Assembly: GCA_050733035.1 (NCBI GenBank)
Contig: JBOHSJ010000288.1
Span: 1-50,249, forward strand
DNA: 50,249 nt
Reading direction: 5' to 3'
Source of the DNA: Gemmatimonadales bacterium
GTDB taxonomy: Bacteria; Gemmatimonadota; Gemmatimonadetes; Gemmatimonadales; GWC2-71-9
Positions 48,844 through 50,249 of the stretch are shown one piece after another. How positions within the stretch are numbered: position 1 is the stretch's first letter; each line of letters starts with the position of its first letter. The notes below the pieces were generated by a model that did no database searches, had not been told where the DNA came from, and saw only the letters and a program-made list of their open reading frames with translations. Position numbers and translations under genes: made by a program.

Positions 48844-48859
48844 AGTTTCACGTGAAACT
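48844..48859. promoter_or_regulatory. parS: parS centromere site 2
   Basis: AGTTTCACGTGAAACT is a perfect 16-bp palindrome, 26 bp centre-to-centre from site 1. Confidence 0.8.
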
Positions 48860-48873
48860 GCAACGATGGGGAC

Positions 48874-50249
48874 CTACGCTACTCTCCGCCGCCAGCGCGT
48901 CGCCTCCAGAACGAGGTTGTGCAGGTCGCTCGGCGTTACACCCGGGACCCGCGCCGCCTGCGCCAGCGACGTCGGACGCACGCGATCGAGTTTCTGCCGC
49001 GCTTCGGTCGCGAGCGTGCGCAGCTCGAGATAGGGGAGATCCAACGGCAACGCGAATGCGGCCAGCTCGGCAAGACGCGCGGCGGCTTCGCGCTCGCGCG
49101 CCAAATACCCGTCGTACTTGATCTCGATGTCGGCCGCGAGCACCGCTTCCGCAGACAGTTCAGTCGCGACGCCCACCGCCGCGAACAGCGCACCCAACGA
49201 GACGCCGGGCCGCTTGGCGACCACTGCGATCCGCTCGCGTTCCGACAACTCGGTGCCGCTCTCGGCGAGGGAGTCGGCCGCCTGGGCCGGCGTGATCGTC
49301 GTCTCGCGCGCGAGTATCAGTGCCGCCTCTTCGTTCGCGAGACGACGTTCCGCTGCCCGCAGCTCGACGTCGGTCAGCAACCCCAGCCGCTCGGCGAGCG
49401 GCAGCAGACGGCGCAGTGCGTTGTCCTGGCGGAGCAGCAGCCGGAATTCCGAGCGCGAGGTGAAGAGCCGGTAGGGCTCGTCCACACCGCGGGTCACAAG
49501 GTCATCCACCAACACGCCGATGTACGCGTCGTCCCGTCCGAGGACCACCGGCTCGGCGCCGCGGATCCGGCGGACGGCGTTGATCCCGGCGACGACACCT
49601 TGTCCCGCCGCTTCCTCGTATCCGGTCGTCCCGTTGATCTGCCCGGCGAAGAACAGGTGCTCGACGCTTTTTACCTCGAGCCACGGCGTCAGCTGCGTCG
49701 GGGGATAGTAGTCGTACTCGATCGCGTACCCGGGCCGCGTCATCTTCGCGCGCTCGAGGCCGGGGACCGCGTGCAGGAACTCGAGCTGCACGGCGACGGG
49801 CAGGGAAGTGGAGAGTCCGTTCACGTACAGTTCGCTGGTGTCGAGCCCCTCGGGCTCGAGGAAGATCTGGTGCCGCTTCGCGGCCGGGAACTTCACGATC
49901 TTGTCTTCGACGGAAGGACAGTAGCGCGGCCCGCGTCCACTGATGGCTCCGCCGTACAGCGCTGACTCCTTGAGATGGCGCTGGATGATCTCCTTCACTT
50001 CTTCGCCGGCCCAGGTGATCCAGCAGGGGACCTGCCGCGGCCGCTCGACGCGCTCGTGAAACGAGAATCGGAACGCATCGCTGTCGCCGTCTTGCCGTGC
50101 GACCTTACTCCAATCAACCGACCGTCCATCGACGCGCGGGGGCGTGCCGGTCTTGAAGCGCGATACTGTAAGTCCAATGTTTTCAATAGCTTGCGCCATT
50201 TGTACGGAAGGCGCGTCACCCGCTCGGCCCGCCGGGATTGGCGTGTCGG
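48874..50249 (-). CDS. mnmG: tRNA uridine 5-carboxymethylaminomethyl modification enzyme MnmG (GidA), 5'-truncated by the window edge
   Basis: FKTGTPPRVDGRSVDW, GPRYCPSVEDK, FAGQINGTTGYEEAAGQG and the C-terminal helical domain. The reading frame stays open upstream of the ORF-track ATG at 50199 (…IPAGRAGDAPSVQMAQAIENIG) to the window end. Confidence 0.9.
   Translation of the reverse strand, partial: DTPIPAGRAGDAPSVQMAQAIENIGLTVSRFKTGTPPRVDGRSVDWSKVARQDGDSDAFRFSFHERVERPRQVPCWITWAGEEVKEIIQRHLKESALYGGAISGRGPRYCPSVEDKIVKFPAAKRHQIFLEPEGLDTSELYVNGLSTSLPVAVQLEFLHAVPGLERAKMTRPGYAIEYDYYPPTQLTPWLEVKSVEHLFFAGQINGTTGYEEAAGQGVVAGINAVRRIRGAEPVVLGRDDAYIGVLVDDLVTRGVDEPYRLFTSRSEFRLLLRQDNALRRLLPLAERLGLLTDVELRAAERRLANEEAALILARETTITPAQAADSLAESGTELSERERIAVVAKRPGVSLGALFAAVGVATELSAEAVLAADIEIKYDGYLAREREAAARLAELAAFALPLDLPYLELRTLATEARQKLDRVRPTSLAQAARVPGVTPSDLHNLVLEATRWRRRVA

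Noticed and set aside
48755-48873. The parA-mnmG spacer (a very AT-rich stretch at 48755-48815 plus two parS) considered as oriC.
   Set aside because: I could not find any TTATCCACA-like DnaA boxes in it. parS plus the parA promoter explain the region. The AT-rich tract is only about 60 bp.
50197-50199. The ORF-track ATG at 50199 considered as the mnmG start.
   Set aside because: The frame is open to the window end, and the upstream residues (IPAGRAGDAPSVQ) continue the MnmG sequence. The roughly 180 N-terminal residues with the FAD-binding fold are missing, so the gene is cut by the window.

Overview
This is a visibly GC-rich, very gene-dense bacterial chromosomal segment with about 47 CDS, many joined by start/stop overlaps. 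I found no rRNA, tRNA, CRISPR array, transposase or integrase. The right end reads mnmG (5' end truncated by the window edge), two perfect parS palindromes, parA and parB. That marks an origin-proximal core region rather than an accessory island. The protein content suggests a Gemmatimonadota-like lineage: many secreted TPR/HEAT proteins, an ECF sigma with a CBM48-type anti-sigma, and a giant fused spermidine-synthase membrane protein. This lineage call is inference only, with no search possible. Most genes are ordinary housekeeping or catabolism: E1 dehydrogenase, S41/S9/M20/M23 peptidases, fadIJ-like beta-oxidation, proline dehydrogenase, glpD, rsgA, queG, Nif3, MFS transporters. The best candidate for an undescribed system is a six-gene, translationally coupled minus-strand cluster at 26615-33120. 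It encodes a PLP class-V enzyme, a LOG-family protein, a deoxyhypusine-synthase-like enzyme, an MFS transporter, a Ddl-like ATP-grasp ligase, and a four-zinc-ribbon HExxH metallopeptidase. I read it as a possible polyamine-conjugate synthesis, export and turnover pathway. Other items worth a second look are listed below.
- An ECF sigma operon with two CBM48-like (glycogen-binding type) domain proteins.
- A parA-parB-M23 peptidase-bactofilin operon directly downstream of parS.
- A low-GC intergenic spacer with three DnaA-box-like 9-mers.
- Three paralogous secreted TPR proteins next to an S41 protease.
- A TsdA-like dihaem cytochrome with a Tat-exported DsrE-like protein.
- Several small sequence oddities: a CATG head-to-head start overlap, a 10-bp tandem repeat across a start codon, and a nested inverted repeat plus a G10 tract at the left edge.
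All functional calls come from motif reading by eye; no database search was run.
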